Shown here: positions 12,736 to 22,093 of the stretch, one piece after another
Position numbering within the stretch: the stretch's first letter is position 1
Layout of the letters: each line of letters opens with the position of its first letter
From: an uncultured Alphaproteobacteria bacterium
GTDB lineage: Bacteria > Pseudomonadota > Alphaproteobacteria > CAZMTC01
DNA length: 43,751 nucleotides
Assembly: GCA_964569105.1 (NCBI GenBank)
Contig: CAZMTC010000003.1
Coordinates: 1-43,751 of the forward strand
Direction of reading: 5' to 3'
The notes under the pieces: generated by a model
Databases searched by the model: none
Seen by the model: the letters and a program-made list of their open reading frames with translations, nothing else
Told to the model about the DNA's origin: nothing
Made by a program: the position numbers and the translations under genes

Positions 12736-14079
12736 CTACAGCGCGTCCTTCACCCGGTAGTGCAGGTAGGCCGCGCGCAACAGCAGCGTTCGCCACCGTC
12801 CCAGCGGGAAGCGGCCGGGCAGGCCGCGCATGGGCTCGGGCACGCCGGCGAGGTCGCGGTTGGAGCCGGTCATCAGGCCGGCCACCGTGCGGCCGGCCCA
12901 GGTGGCGGTGGCGACGCCGTTGCCGTGGTAGCCGTAGGCGAACCAGACCGAGGGATCGGCGTCGAGCCGGCCCAACGCGGGCATCAGCCGCTCGGTCAGG
13001 CACACGAAGCCGCGCCAGAAATGCGCGGTCTCGACCCCGGCGAGCGCGGGGAACAGCGCGTCGCGGCGGCGCTCCATCCAGCGGCGCATGCGCGCGCCGT
13101 TCGCCGGATCGCCGGTGTAGTCGCCGCGCGTGCCCAGCAGCAGGCGGCGGTCGGGCAGCAAGCGGTAGTAGAACAGCAGTTTCCGGCTGTTGAGCAACGG
13201 GCATTCGGTACGCCAGCCCGCAGCCTCGATCTCGGCCTCGGTCAGCGGACGGGTGGTCACGATGTTGGAGATCACGGGCATGAACCGCCCACGGAAATCG
13301 GAGCTGAGGCCGTCCTCGAGAAAGCCGTTGCACGCCACGACGACCCTGTCGGCGGTGAGCGTGCCGCCTTCCGTGTGCAGGCGGTGCGGCGCGCCGCGCT
13401 TCCAGCGCGCGACCTTGGTGCGGCCGTGAATGGTGGCGCCGCGCCCGCGGGCCGCGCGGGCGAGACCGGCGGTATATTTGAGCGGGTGCAGGCCGAAGCC
13501 GACATGCATCTTCATGGCGCCGAAGGCTTCGGAGCCGGCGTGGCCCGTCTCGGCGAACTCGTCGGCGCCCAGCATCGAGGCCGGCACGCCCAGCCGGTCG
13601 AGCGCCGCCGCCTCCTCGGCCAGCGCGGCGTGCCTGCCGGGCTTGTGCGCGACCATGTAGATGCCGTCGCCCTGGCGGTCGAAGTCGATTGCCTCGCTCG
13701 CGGCCACCTCCTCGACCGCGCGGATCGCCTCGACCTGGGCGCGGAAGAAGTGGCGCACGGCCTCCTCGCCCCAGCGGCGGACCATGGCGTCGAGCGGCAT
13801 CTTGGTCGCCGGGATGACGCAGAAACCGCCGTTGCGGCCCGACGCGCCCCAGCCGACATGGCCGGCCTCGAGCACCCGCACGTCGACGCCGTGGTCGCGC
13901 GCCAGGTGCAGCGCGGTCGAGAGGCCGGTGTAGCCGCCGCCGATCACGGCGACGTCGCAGCGGGCATCCCCTGCGAGCGGGTCGAAGCCGTCTTGCGGCG
14001 GCGCGAAGGACGACTCCCAGTGGCTCGGCACCGGCTCGGCGGTGTCGTACATGGCGGGGTGGTAGAGCGAGGAGGACAT
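12736..14079 (-). CDS. FAD-dependent oxidoreductase (DAO family; gamma-glutamylputrescine/amine oxidase-like)
   Basis: 447 aa with the dinucleotide-binding motif DVAVIGGGYTGLSTALHLA and GASGRNGG. The substrate cannot be assigned from sequence. Confidence 0.75.
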   Translation of the reverse strand: MSSSLYHPAMYDTAEPVPSHWESSFAPPQDGFDPLAGDARCDVAVIGGGYTGLSTALHLARDHGVDVRVLEAGHVGWGASGRNGGFCVIPATKMPLDAMVRRWGEEAVRHFFRAQVEAIRAVEEVAASEAIDFDRQGDGIYMVAHKPGRHAALAEEAAALDRLGVPASMLGADEFAETGHAGSEAFGAMKMHVGFGLHPLKYTAGLARAARGRGATIHGRTKVARWKRGAPHRLHTEGGTLTADRVVVACNGFLEDGLSSDFRGRFMPVISNIVTTRPLTEAEIEAAGWRTECPLLNSRKLLFYYRLLPDRRLLLGTRGDYTGDPANGARMRRWMERRRDALFPALAGVETAHFWRGFVCLTERLMPALGRLDADPSVWFAYGYHGNGVATATWAGRTVAGLMTGSNRDLAGVPEPMRGLPGRFPLGRWRTLLLRAAYLHYRVKDAL

Positions 14080-14100
14080 GGCCTGCCGTCCGACGCGGGT

Positions 14101-14721
14101 TCAGCCGCGGTTCACCGACAGGCGCACGTCGCCGAGCATGACCTGCGCGCCGCGGCGCATGGCCACGGGCGGCTTGCCGGGCTCGACCTCCCGGTCATCG
14201 ACGAAGGTGCCGTTGGTGGACTCGAGGTCGACGATGCACAGCTCGCCCTCCTCGACCAGGATCGCGGCGTGGACGCGGCTGACGCTCTCGTCCTCGATGG
14301 TCAGCGCGCAGGAGCGGCTGCGCCCGACCTCGATCCCGTCGCGCCCGGCGGCGGCCAGTTGGCCGTCGGAGACCTCGAGCCGCACGCGGTCGCCGTTGCC
14401 GTCGAAGCCCGACAGCACCCAGCCGGTCTCGCGGCTGACGACGCCGCTCGTATCTTCCGACGGCACGTCGATCGAGCGGTCGGGCTGAGCCGCCGTGCTC
14501 GACGGCCGCACGTGCTCCACCGGCCAGCGGCCGTAGGCGAAGGCCCAGACCACGGTGATGTTGACGATCGGCACCAGCATCCACAGCGCGCTCCAGGGAT
14601 TGTACCCGGCGCGCCCGGCGATCCGCGCGCACAGCCAGACCATCGCGACGACCAGCGGCAGCTTGACCGCCGCGACGATCGCCAGCGTTTCGTAGCTCGC
14701 GCCGAGGACGCCGCCGTCCAT
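14101..14721 (-). CDS. Membrane-anchored FHA-domain protein (2 TM + C-terminal FHA)
   Basis: I trimmed ORF 14101..14934 to ATG 14721 (MDGGVLGASYETLAIV..), which shares one base with the stop of the mini-ORF (TGATG). The FHA core is VGRSRSCALTIEDESVSRVHAAI..DLESTNGTFV. Confidence 0.75.
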   Translation of the reverse strand: MDGGVLGASYETLAIVAAVKLPLVVAMVWLCARIAGRAGYNPWSALWMLVPIVNITVVWAFAYGRWPVEHVRPSSTAAQPDRSIDVPSEDTSGVVSRETGWVLSGFDGNGDRVRLEVSDGQLAAAGRDGIEVGRSRSCALTIEDESVSRVHAAILVEEGELCIVDLESTNGTFVDDREVEPGKPPVAMRRGAQVMLGDVRLSVNRG

Positions 14722-14948
14722 CAGATCACGATCGACTTGTCGGGATCGGGCCCCGGCTCCACGCGCGCCGGCCAGGCGCCGAAGGCGAGGACCGCCATGA
14801 CCACGAACCAGCCGATCACCGGGAGAAGCATAAACAGCCCCAGAGCCCCGGGCCGGCCGGCACGCGCGCACACGCGCGAAGCCGGCACCGCCAGGGCCAG
14901 GGAATAGGCAACCGCGCTCACCAGGGCCACCCACCAGATCGGCGCCAT
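14721..14948 (-). CDS. 75-aa two-TM mini-protein, paralogous to the anchor of the downstream FHA protein
   Basis: A GGGGAG Shine-Dalgarno lies ~10 nt upstream of the ATG. CARAGRPGALGLFMLLPVIGWFVVMAVLAFGAWP aligns with CARIAGRAGYNPWSALWMLVPIVNITVVWAFAYGRWP of the next gene. The pattern resembles small (K/R)AG.PGW..L.P..N membrane domains (DUF5684-like, from memory). Confidence 0.6.
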   Translation of the reverse strand: MAPIWWVALVSAVAYSLALAVPASRVCARAGRPGALGLFMLLPVIGWFVVMAVLAFGAWPARVEPGPDPDKSIVI

Positions 14949-15050
14949 CGTCGCATCACTCCCCTCGGCACCGCCCGCCCAGCGCGGCGAGCGCCCGCGA
15001 ACGTACCATGGCCCGCCCCCCGGCCCAATCCATGCCTTGCGCCGCGGCGG

Positions 15051-15968
15051 TCACCGCCGCGACAGCACGAAGCGGACGTCGCCAATGCGTACTTCGGCAC
15101 CCGACGCGGCCTCGACAGGCTCGCCGGGCGTCAGCACGCGGCCGTCGATCCGGGTGCCGTTGGTCGAGCCCAGATCCTCGAACGCCAGCCCGCCGCGGCC
15201 GGCCGCGACCCGGACATGGGCGCGCGAGACCGATTCGTGGTCGATCAGGATGTCGGCCTTGGTCGGGCCGCGGCCGAGCACCACGCCGCGATCCAGGTCG
15301 CCGTCCTCGAGCCGCAGGCGCAAGCGCCGGCCCTGCGGCGTCTTGCCCGACAGCATCCAGCCGCCGGGCGCGCTTACAGGATGCCAGTCCGCCGCCTCGG
15401 CGACGCCCGTTCGCGGCGCGGCCCGGGACTCGGGGTGGTCCGGGCGGCCAGCACTCAACGCGGTGGCGCCGCGCTCAACGGGCCCAAGCGCAGGGGCGGG
15501 CGGGACGAAGAAGCCCATGACCGCGGCGGCGAGCAGCGCAAGCACGGCCACGAGATGCAATGCCCAGCCCCAGGCCAGGCGCACCTCGCCGCCGAGCGCG
15601 CCGCCGATGTCGTCGTTGATCCGGCCGATCTCGATCAGCGAGTAGGCGAACAGCCCACCGGCCACGGCGAGCGCGAGCAGCGCCGGGATCAGCAACAGTC
15701 GCCGCGCACCGAACAGCGCCATGACGTAGCCGATCGCGGCCACCAGCACCACGGCGCCGAAGGCAGCGGTCGAACCCAGGATGGCGTCGTCGATGTCACC
15801 ACCGGTCATGCCCAGCTCGTCGCGCACCAGCGGCAGGAAGCGCATGGCCTCGAACAGCGACACGTTGGCCGAGGTACCGGCCTGAATGCCCCCCCAGACC
15901 GGCATGAACGCCGCCACGAGCAGCAGCACCGATCCCGAGACGCCGATTCTCTGCACGGCAGCCGCCAT
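15051..15968 (-). CDS. Membrane-anchored FHA-domain protein (about 4 TM + C-terminal FHA)
   Basis: 305 aa with a GAGGGAG RBS. The hydrophobic N-terminal ~170 aa are followed by GWMLSG..LGRGPTKADILIDHESVSRAHVRV..DLGSTNGTRI. The FHA module is paralogous to that of 14101..14721. Confidence 0.75.
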   Translation of the reverse strand: MAAAVQRIGVSGSVLLLVAAFMPVWGGIQAGTSANVSLFEAMRFLPLVRDELGMTGGDIDDAILGSTAAFGAVVLVAAIGYVMALFGARRLLLIPALLALAVAGGLFAYSLIEIGRINDDIGGALGGEVRLAWGWALHLVAVLALLAAAVMGFFVPPAPALGPVERGATALSAGRPDHPESRAAPRTGVAEAADWHPVSAPGGWMLSGKTPQGRRLRLRLEDGDLDRGVVLGRGPTKADILIDHESVSRAHVRVAAGRGGLAFEDLGSTNGTRIDGRVLTPGEPVEAASGAEVRIGDVRFVLSRR

Positions 15969-15978
15969 GCGTGCTCCC

Positions 15979-16983
15979 TCAGCTGTTCGCGGGCGCCTCG
16001 AACATGGCCTCGAGCACGCGGTCGGGCGGCGTGTGGCCGTCGATGAAGGTGCGGATGTTGATGATCACCTTTTCGCCCATGTCGATGCGGCCCTCGAGGG
16101 TGGCCGAGCCCATGTGCGGCAGCAGCACGACGTTGTCGAGCGCGACCAGCTTGGGGTTGATGGCCGGCTCGTGCTCGAACACGTCGAGCCCGGCGCCCGC
16201 GATCTTGCCCTCGGACAACAGGCGGGTGAGCGCGCGCTCGTCGATCACCTCGCCGCGCGAGGTGTTGACGATATAGGCGTGCGGGCGCAGGAGCTGCAGC
16301 CGGCGCGCGGAGAGCAGATGGTACGTCGCCGGCGTGTGCGGGCAGTTGATCGAGACGATATCCATATGGGCGAGCATCTGGTCCAGGCTCTCCCAGTAGG
16401 TCGCCTCGAGCTCTGCCTCGAGCTCGGCGTGGACCCGGCGGCGATTGTGGTAGTGGATCGACAGGCCGAAGCCGCGCGCCCGGCGGGCCACGGCCGAGCC
16501 GATGCGCCCCATGCCGATGATGCCCAGGCGCTTGCCCCAGATCCGGTGGCCGAGCATGTGGGTCGGTGACCAGCCTTTCCAGTTGCCGTCGCGCACCATG
16601 CGCTCGCCCTCGACCAGCCGGCGCGGCACGGCGAGGAGCAGCGCCATGGTCATGTCGGCGGTGTCCTCGGTCAGCACGCCCGGGGTGTTGGTGACGATGA
16701 TGTTGCGGCTGCGGGCGGCGGCGAGGTCGATATGGTCGACGCCGGTCCCGAAGGAGGCGATCAGCTTGAGCCGCGAGCCTGCCGCGGCGATCACCTCGGC
16801 GTCGATTCTGTCGGTCACCGTGGGAACCAGCACGTCGGCGGTCTTCACCGCCTCGGCCAGCTCTTCCTGGGAGAGGGGCGTGTCGTCCCGGTTCAGCCGG
16901 GTGTCGAACAGCTCCATCATCCGTGTCTCGATCGGCTCGGGCAGCTTGCGCGTGACGACGACCACGGGCTTGGTGCGGGCCAT
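15979..16983 (-). CDS. D-2-hydroxyacid dehydrogenase (glyoxylate/hydroxypyruvate reductase-like)
   Basis: 334 aa. Shows the NAD motif LGIIGMGRIGSAVARRA and the catalytic region NTSRGEVIDE..LDVFEHEP..LLPHMGSAT. Confidence 0.85.
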   Translation of the reverse strand: MARTKPVVVVTRKLPEPIETRMMELFDTRLNRDDTPLSQEELAEAVKTADVLVPTVTDRIDAEVIAAAGSRLKLIASFGTGVDHIDLAAARSRNIIVTNTPGVLTEDTADMTMALLLAVPRRLVEGERMVRDGNWKGWSPTHMLGHRIWGKRLGIIGMGRIGSAVARRARGFGLSIHYHNRRRVHAELEAELEATYWESLDQMLAHMDIVSINCPHTPATYHLLSARRLQLLRPHAYIVNTSRGEVIDERALTRLLSEGKIAGAGLDVFEHEPAINPKLVALDNVVLLPHMGSATLEGRIDMGEKVIINIRTFIDGHTPPDRVLEAMFEAPANS

Positions 16984-17103
16984 GCGTCTCCTCCCAAAGG
17001 CGCAGGGTGTCGAATCTCGCCAATAAAGAGCGCGCGCGCCCCGTTGTCCAGCATGGCATGGCCGTGCTTGACCGACGGTGGGGCGCGGCCGATAACCGCC
17101 TCC

Positions 17104-17589
17104 ATGTCACGGGCGATCGCCGCCATTCTCCTTTTCGCCGCGCTTTGCGTCCTGCCCGCCGCCACCCGGGCCGAGACCGGCCTGCCGGTGCCGCGTTTCG
17201 TGTCGCTGGCTGCCGACGAGGTCAACGTGCGCACCGGGCCGGGCACCAAATACCCGATCCGGTGGGTGTTCCGGCGCAAGGGCCTGCCGCTCGAGGTCAT
17301 CCAGGAATTCGAGCACTGGCGCCGTATTCGCGATTGGGAGGGCGCGGCCGGCTGGGTGCACCAGAGCACGCTGAGCGGACGCCGCACCGTTCTGGTCACC
17401 GGTGCGCTGCGCACCTTGCGCGACCGGCCCGACAGGGGCGCACCGGCCGTGGCGCATGTCGAGCCCGGGGTTGTCGGGCGGCTGCTCGAATGCCGAGACG
17501 ACTGGTGCTTCGTCGAACTCGCGGGCTATCGCGGCTGGCTGTTCCGCGATCACTTCTGGGGCGCCTACCCGAACGAGCAAATCGACTGA
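17104..17589 (+). CDS. Secreted SH3-like domain protein (DUF1058/COG3807 type)
   Basis: The frame is that of ORF 16732..17589. I start it at ATG 17104, which gives a signal peptide (MSRAIAAILLFAALCVLPAATRA). Two SH3-like repeats follow (VNVRTGPGTKYPIRWVF..WRRIRDWEGAAGWVH). Confidence 0.75.
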   Translation: MSRAIAAILLFAALCVLPAATRAETGLPVPRFVSLAADEVNVRTGPGTKYPIRWVFRRKGLPLEVIQEFEHWRRIRDWEGAAGWVHQSTLSGRRTVLVTGALRTLRDRPDRGAPAVAHVEPGVVGRLLECRDDWCFVELAGYRGWLFRDHFWGAYPNEQID

Positions 17590-17634
17590 GCGGGCGGCGC
17601 AGGGTCAGGCGGCAAGTCGCCGGTGGCGCGGCGG

Positions 17635-18852
17635 CTACCGTACCGCGCTCTCCTCCGCCTTGCTCGCCGAGGGCCGCGCGCCGACCAGCCAGGCGAAGGC
17701 CGCCAAGCCCATGAGCGTGACTGCGAGCATGGTGCCGATCATCGAGGCCGGCGTGCCGTCGTGGAACGCGCCGACCGCCGCGCCGGCCAGCGCGCCGCCC
17801 GTCATCTGGACGAAGCCGAGCCCCGCCGAAGCCACGCCGGCCATGTGCGGGAACGGGCCGACCGCGCCCGCCATGCCGCTGGGCAGCACGATGCCGACCG
17901 AGGCCGCGATCACCATCATCGGCCCGATCACGGCCCAGACATGGTCGATCCCGGCGAGCGACAGCGCCGCCATCGTCCCGGCGCCGAACACGCCGAGCAC
18001 CGCGCCGCACAACAGCATCCGCGCGACACCGAGGCGCATGGTCATACGCGCGGTGAGCACGGTGCCGGCCATGTAGCCCATCACCACCGCGGCGAAATAG
18101 TAGCCGAAGGCGGTGGGCGCCACGCCGAAATATTCGATGAGCACGAACGGCGAGCCCGAGAGGAAACAGAACAGCGCGGCGTAGCTCGACGCCACCGCGA
18201 GGACGTAGCCGGCATATTCGCGATTGCGCATCAGGCTCATATAGTTGCGCCCGAGCTGCGCCGGATCGAGGGCGCCGGGATCGCGGTGTCGGTTGGTCTC
18301 GTGCAGCAGCGTGGTCACGCCCAGCACCAGCAGCACGCCGATGCCGACCAGGATCGCGAAGTTGGCCCGCCAGCCGAACCACTCGGTCACCAGCCCGCCG
18401 AGGATCGGCGCCACCGCCGGGATCAGCCCCATCGCGGTGCCGATGTAGGCCAGCGCCTTGGCCGCGCCCTCGCGGCCGAACAGATCGCGCACCACGGCGC
18501 GGCCGAGCACCGGTCCGGCGCACGCCCCCAGCGCCTGAGCGAAGCGCGCGGCGATCAGCGCCTCGATCGTGTCGGCAAGCGCGCAGGCGGCCGACGCCAG
18601 GATATAGAGCGCGACGCCGCCCAGGATCACCGGGCGGCGCCCGAACCGGTCCGACAGCGGCCCGTAGACGAGCTGCGCCAGCGCGAAGCCGATCAGGAAG
18701 GCGCTGAGCGTGAGCTGCGTCTGGGCCACGGTTGCGTTGAGGTCCGCGCCGATGGCCGGCAGCGCCGGCAGGTACATGTCGGTGGAGAGCGGACCGAAGG
18801 CGACGAGAACCGTGATCACGGCCCACATCCCGGCCCGACGCGCGTCCGGCAT
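17635..18852 (-). CDS. MFS drug-efflux transporter, Bcr/CflA subfamily
   Basis: I trimmed ORF 17635..18945 to ATG 18852 (MPDARRAGMWAVITVL..). It has 12 TM segments and MFS motif A, GPLSDRFGRRPV. Confidence 0.8.
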   Translation of the reverse strand: MPDARRAGMWAVITVLVAFGPLSTDMYLPALPAIGADLNATVAQTQLTLSAFLIGFALAQLVYGPLSDRFGRRPVILGGVALYILASAACALADTIEALIAARFAQALGACAGPVLGRAVVRDLFGREGAAKALAYIGTAMGLIPAVAPILGGLVTEWFGWRANFAILVGIGVLLVLGVTTLLHETNRHRDPGALDPAQLGRNYMSLMRNREYAGYVLAVASSYAALFCFLSGSPFVLIEYFGVAPTAFGYYFAAVVMGYMAGTVLTARMTMRLGVARMLLCGAVLGVFGAGTMAALSLAGIDHVWAVIGPMMVIAASVGIVLPSGMAGAVGPFPHMAGVASAGLGFVQMTGGALAGAAVGAFHDGTPASMIGTMLAVTLMGLAAFAWLVGARPSASKAEESAVR

Positions 18853-19027
18853 GGCGTGAGGCTCATCTGGTTTCGGGGCAGCCGCCCGGCAGAGCGACAA
18901 TGGGACCCATATAGGCAGCCCCGCCGACGCGGGCCAACCCCGCACGGTGCAAAGCTGGACTGCACCGGATTGTGCCGGCCCGAAGGACGCGGACGTCAGT
19001 GCGACCGGCGCATCCTGAACCGGCCCG

Positions 19028-20110
19028 CTACTTGCGTCGCGTCTTGCCGGCCTCCACCGTCAGCAGCCGTTCCTTGCGTCCGAGGCCCCAGCGGTAGCCG
19101 CCCAGGCCGCCGTCCTCGCGCACCGCACGATGACAGGGGACGACGAGCGCGACGCGGTTGGTGGCGCAGGCGCGGGCGACGGCGCGCTGCGCCTTCGGGT
19201 TGCCGAGCGCGGCCGCGATCTGGGAATAGCTGCGGGTCTCCCCGGCCGGGATCGCCATGAGCTCGCGCCAGACGCGCCATTGGAAGGCGGTGGCGCGGAC
19301 GTCGAGCGGCAGCTCGGCGTCGGGTTCGTGTCCATCGACCAGGCGGAGCACCGAGGCGGTCCACTCGCCCAGCGTGCCGCCGTCGCGCTCGATGTCGGCC
19401 TTAGGGAACTCGGCGCGCAGCGCGGCGACCAGCCCGGCTTCACCGTCGCCCAACGCGACGAAGGCCACGCCGCGCTCGGTCGCCGCGACCATCAGCAGGC
19501 CGAGCGCGCTGGACACGACGGCGTAGCGCATGCGGGCGCCCGCGCCGCCGCGCTTGTAGGTGGCCGGGGTCATGCCGAGCTGCCCCGGCGCCGACTCGTA
19601 GACCCGGCTGGCCGAGCCGAAGCCGGCCTCGTAGGCGGCGCCCGCCACGTCGTCGCCCGCGCGCAGGAACGCACGGAAACGCCCGGCGCGCACCGCATGG
19701 GCGTAATCGCGCGGGCTGAGCCCCGTGACCCGCTTGAAGGTGCGCTGCAGATGGAAGGGGCTCACGCCGATATGTCCGGCGAGGTCGTCGAGCGAGGGCA
19801 CGCCCTCGGCCTCCTCGATGAACTGGCAGGCGGCCCGGACATAGACGACGGCCGGGTCGAGCGCCGGTGCGCGGTGCGGCCGGCAGCGGCGGCACGGCCG
19901 GAACCCGGCGACCGCCGCGCCCTCGGGCGCCTCGAAGAAGCACACGTTCTCGCGCCGCGGCCGGCGCGACGGGCAGGACGGGCGGCAGTACACGCCTGTG
20001 GTGACGACGGCGTAGACGAAGGCCCCGTCCAAAGTCGCGTCGCGCGCGAGGACGGCGGTCCAACGGTCGGCATCGGTCATCGCGGGTACTCCGGTCATGG
20101 TCTCGTCCAT
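19028..20110 (-). CDS. ada: Bifunctional Ada: methylphosphotriester-DNA methyltransferase / AraC-type activator / O6-methylguanine-DNA methyltransferase
   Basis: 360 aa. There is an N-terminal Cys4 Zn site (CRPSCPSRRP..CRRCRP), an AraC HTH (LAGHIGVSPFHLQRTFKRVTG) and the C-terminal MGMT active site VVPCHRAV. The exact start is uncertain (several in-frame Met in the first 11 codons). Confidence 0.85.
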   Translation of the reverse strand: MDETMTGVPAMTDADRWTAVLARDATLDGAFVYAVVTTGVYCRPSCPSRRPRRENVCFFEAPEGAAVAGFRPCRRCRPHRAPALDPAVVYVRAACQFIEEAEGVPSLDDLAGHIGVSPFHLQRTFKRVTGLSPRDYAHAVRAGRFRAFLRAGDDVAGAAYEAGFGSASRVYESAPGQLGMTPATYKRGGAGARMRYAVVSSALGLLMVAATERGVAFVALGDGEAGLVAALRAEFPKADIERDGGTLGEWTASVLRLVDGHEPDAELPLDVRATAFQWRVWRELMAIPAGETRSYSQIAAALGNPKAQRAVARACATNRVALVVPCHRAVREDGGLGGYRWGLGRKERLLTVEAGKTRRK

Positions 20111-20216
20111 GACGTCACCCTATGGCTGCGCCAACACCTCCGATATCGGCGGCTTGCGGCGGAAGCGGACCATGAATTTGGCGACCGCCGCTGCGTGCCG
20201 CCGCCGGTGCAACCGA

Positions 20217-21941
20217 TCAGGCCTGGGCCTTGTCCTTCGCCTTGGCCTGCTCCTCCTCGATCAGGATCTTCTTCTGGATCTTGCCCACGGCCGTCTTGGG
20301 CAGCTCGGTCTCCCGGAATTCCACGATCTTGGGCTGCTCGATCTTGGACAGCTTGTCCTCGAGGAATTCGGTGAGTTCCTCCTGGGTCAGGCTCTCGCCC
20401 GCGCGCAGCTTGATCACCGCCTTGACCGTCTCGCCGCGGTACTCGTCGGCGACGCCGATCACGGCCACCTCCTCGACCGCCGGGTGCTCGTAGATCGCCT
20501 CCTCGACGTTGCGCGGATAGATGTTGTAGCCGCCGGCGATGATCATCTCCTTCTTGCGGTCGACGATGAACAGGTAGCCCTCGTCGTCCATGTAGCCGAT
20601 ATCGCCGGTGAGGAAGCGGCCGTCCTTCATCACCGCCTCGGTCTCCTCGGGCTTCTGCCAGTAGCCCTTCATCACCTGCGGGCCGCGCACCGCGATCTCA
20701 CCCTGCTCGCCCAGCGGCAGCACCTTGGCCGGGTCGTCGAGCGAGACGATCTGGACGATGGTGGCCGGATAGGGGATGCCCACCGAGCCCGCCTTGCGCT
20801 TGCCCTCGAACGGGTTGGAGGAGACCACGGGCGAGGTCTCGGACAGGCCGTAGCCCTCGCGCAGCTCGGCGCCGCCGGCCTTCTCCTCGAACTTGCGCAT
20901 GATCTCGAGCGGCATCGAGGCGCCGCCCGAGTTGACGTATTTGAGCGAGGTGAAGTCGTACTTGTCGCGCTCGGGATGGTTGACCATGGCGGTGAACATG
21001 GTCGGCACGCCGGCGAAGATGGTCGGCTTCTTCTTGTGGATGGCCTGCATCACCTCGTCGATCTCGAAGCGCGGCAGCAGAACCATCTCGGCGCCGCCCC
21101 ACACGCCGAGCAGCATGATCGCGGTCATGCCGAAGACATGGAAGAAGGGCAGCACGGCCACGACCCGCTCCTTGCCCGGCTCGCGGCCGTGGAACCACAT
21201 GTCGATCTGCTGGACGTTGCCGTAGAGGTTGGCGTGGGTGAGCATCGCGCCCTTGGGCGTGCCGGTCGTGCCGCCGGTGTATTGCAGGCAGGCCACGTCC
21301 TCCTCGACATCGACATCGACCGGCGTGTAGCGCCCGTCGTTGCCGACCAGATCCTTGTAGTGCGCCACGAACTCGCCCGCGGCCACCTTGGCGATGTGCT
21401 TGCCCCTGACCAGCGGGAACAGGACGTTCTTGGGGAAGGGCAGGCTGTCCTGCATGCGGCACACGACGATGCGCTTGAGCCGCGTTTCCTTCATCAGGCT
21501 CTCGACCCGCGGATACAGCACCTGGAGGTCGAGCGTGACCATGATGTCGGTCTCGCTGTCCTCGATCTGCGAGGCCAGCTCGCGCTCGGCATAGAGCGGG
21601 TTGTAGTTCACCACCGTGCCGCCGGCCTTGAGGATGGCGAAGAAGAAGATCACGGTATACGGGCTGTTGGGCAGGAACAGGCCGACCTTGACGCCCTTCT
21701 TGACGCCGATCTCCTGCAGGCCCTTGGCGGCCTTGTTCACCAGCTCGCCGAGCTCGGCGTAGCTGTATTTCTTGTCCAGGAAGTCGATCGCCGTGTTATC
21801 GGGAAACTCGGCCACCGCATGGTCGATGACCTCCCACAACGGGGCGAACGGGACCTCGATATCCCACCGCACGCCCTCGGGATAGCTCGCGAGCCACGGC
21901 CACTCGTTGGACAACTCTTCGGCGGACAGCTGCGTCGCCAT
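20217..21941 (-). CDS. Long/medium-chain fatty-acid--CoA ligase (FadD-like, AMP-binding)
   Basis: 574 aa with AMP-binding motifs LQYTGGTTGTPKGAMLTH, YGLSETSP, TGDIGYMDDEGYLFIVDRKK and LPKTAVGKIQKK. Confidence 0.85.
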   Translation of the reverse strand: MATQLSAEELSNEWPWLASYPEGVRWDIEVPFAPLWEVIDHAVAEFPDNTAIDFLDKKYSYAELGELVNKAAKGLQEIGVKKGVKVGLFLPNSPYTVIFFFAILKAGGTVVNYNPLYAERELASQIEDSETDIMVTLDLQVLYPRVESLMKETRLKRIVVCRMQDSLPFPKNVLFPLVRGKHIAKVAAGEFVAHYKDLVGNDGRYTPVDVDVEEDVACLQYTGGTTGTPKGAMLTHANLYGNVQQIDMWFHGREPGKERVVAVLPFFHVFGMTAIMLLGVWGGAEMVLLPRFEIDEVMQAIHKKKPTIFAGVPTMFTAMVNHPERDKYDFTSLKYVNSGGASMPLEIMRKFEEKAGGAELREGYGLSETSPVVSSNPFEGKRKAGSVGIPYPATIVQIVSLDDPAKVLPLGEQGEIAVRGPQVMKGYWQKPEETEAVMKDGRFLTGDIGYMDDEGYLFIVDRKKEMIIAGGYNIYPRNVEEAIYEHPAVEEVAVIGVADEYRGETVKAVIKLRAGESLTQEELTEFLEDKLSKIEQPKIVEFRETELPKTAVGKIQKKILIEEEQAKAKDKAQA

Positions 21942-22093
21942 CGGTTTTTCCCTCCCGGTCGTCCCAGGCGGCGCCCGGATCGGTTCCCCTGCCGCTCTTG
22001 CGGGCGCGTCCGTTCTTCACGACCGACCACTATAAGGCCAACGCGGGCACCGGGACAGCCCTGCGGCGCTCGGCGACGGCGCGGATTCGGTTG

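Noticed and set aside
12619-14907. 762-aa plus-strand ORF
   Set aside because: It is antisense to the FAD oxidoreductase and FHA genes, its composition is junk, and it spans several real genes and their gaps.
15806-17110. 434-aa minus-strand ORF overlapping the 2-hydroxyacid dehydrogenase in another frame
   Set aside because: The dehydrogenase frame (15979..16983) has clear NAD-binding and catalytic motifs, and this frame has none.
17396-18826. 476-aa minus-strand ORF overlapping the MFS transporter in another frame
   Set aside because: The MFS frame gives 12 hydrophobic helices and motif A, while this frame is Arg/Gly/Ala junk.
20111-20216. Ada-box (AAA..AAAGCGCA-type) upstream of ada
   Set aside because: No convincing match is seen in the reverse complement of this spacer. 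Only weak GCAA fragments occur.
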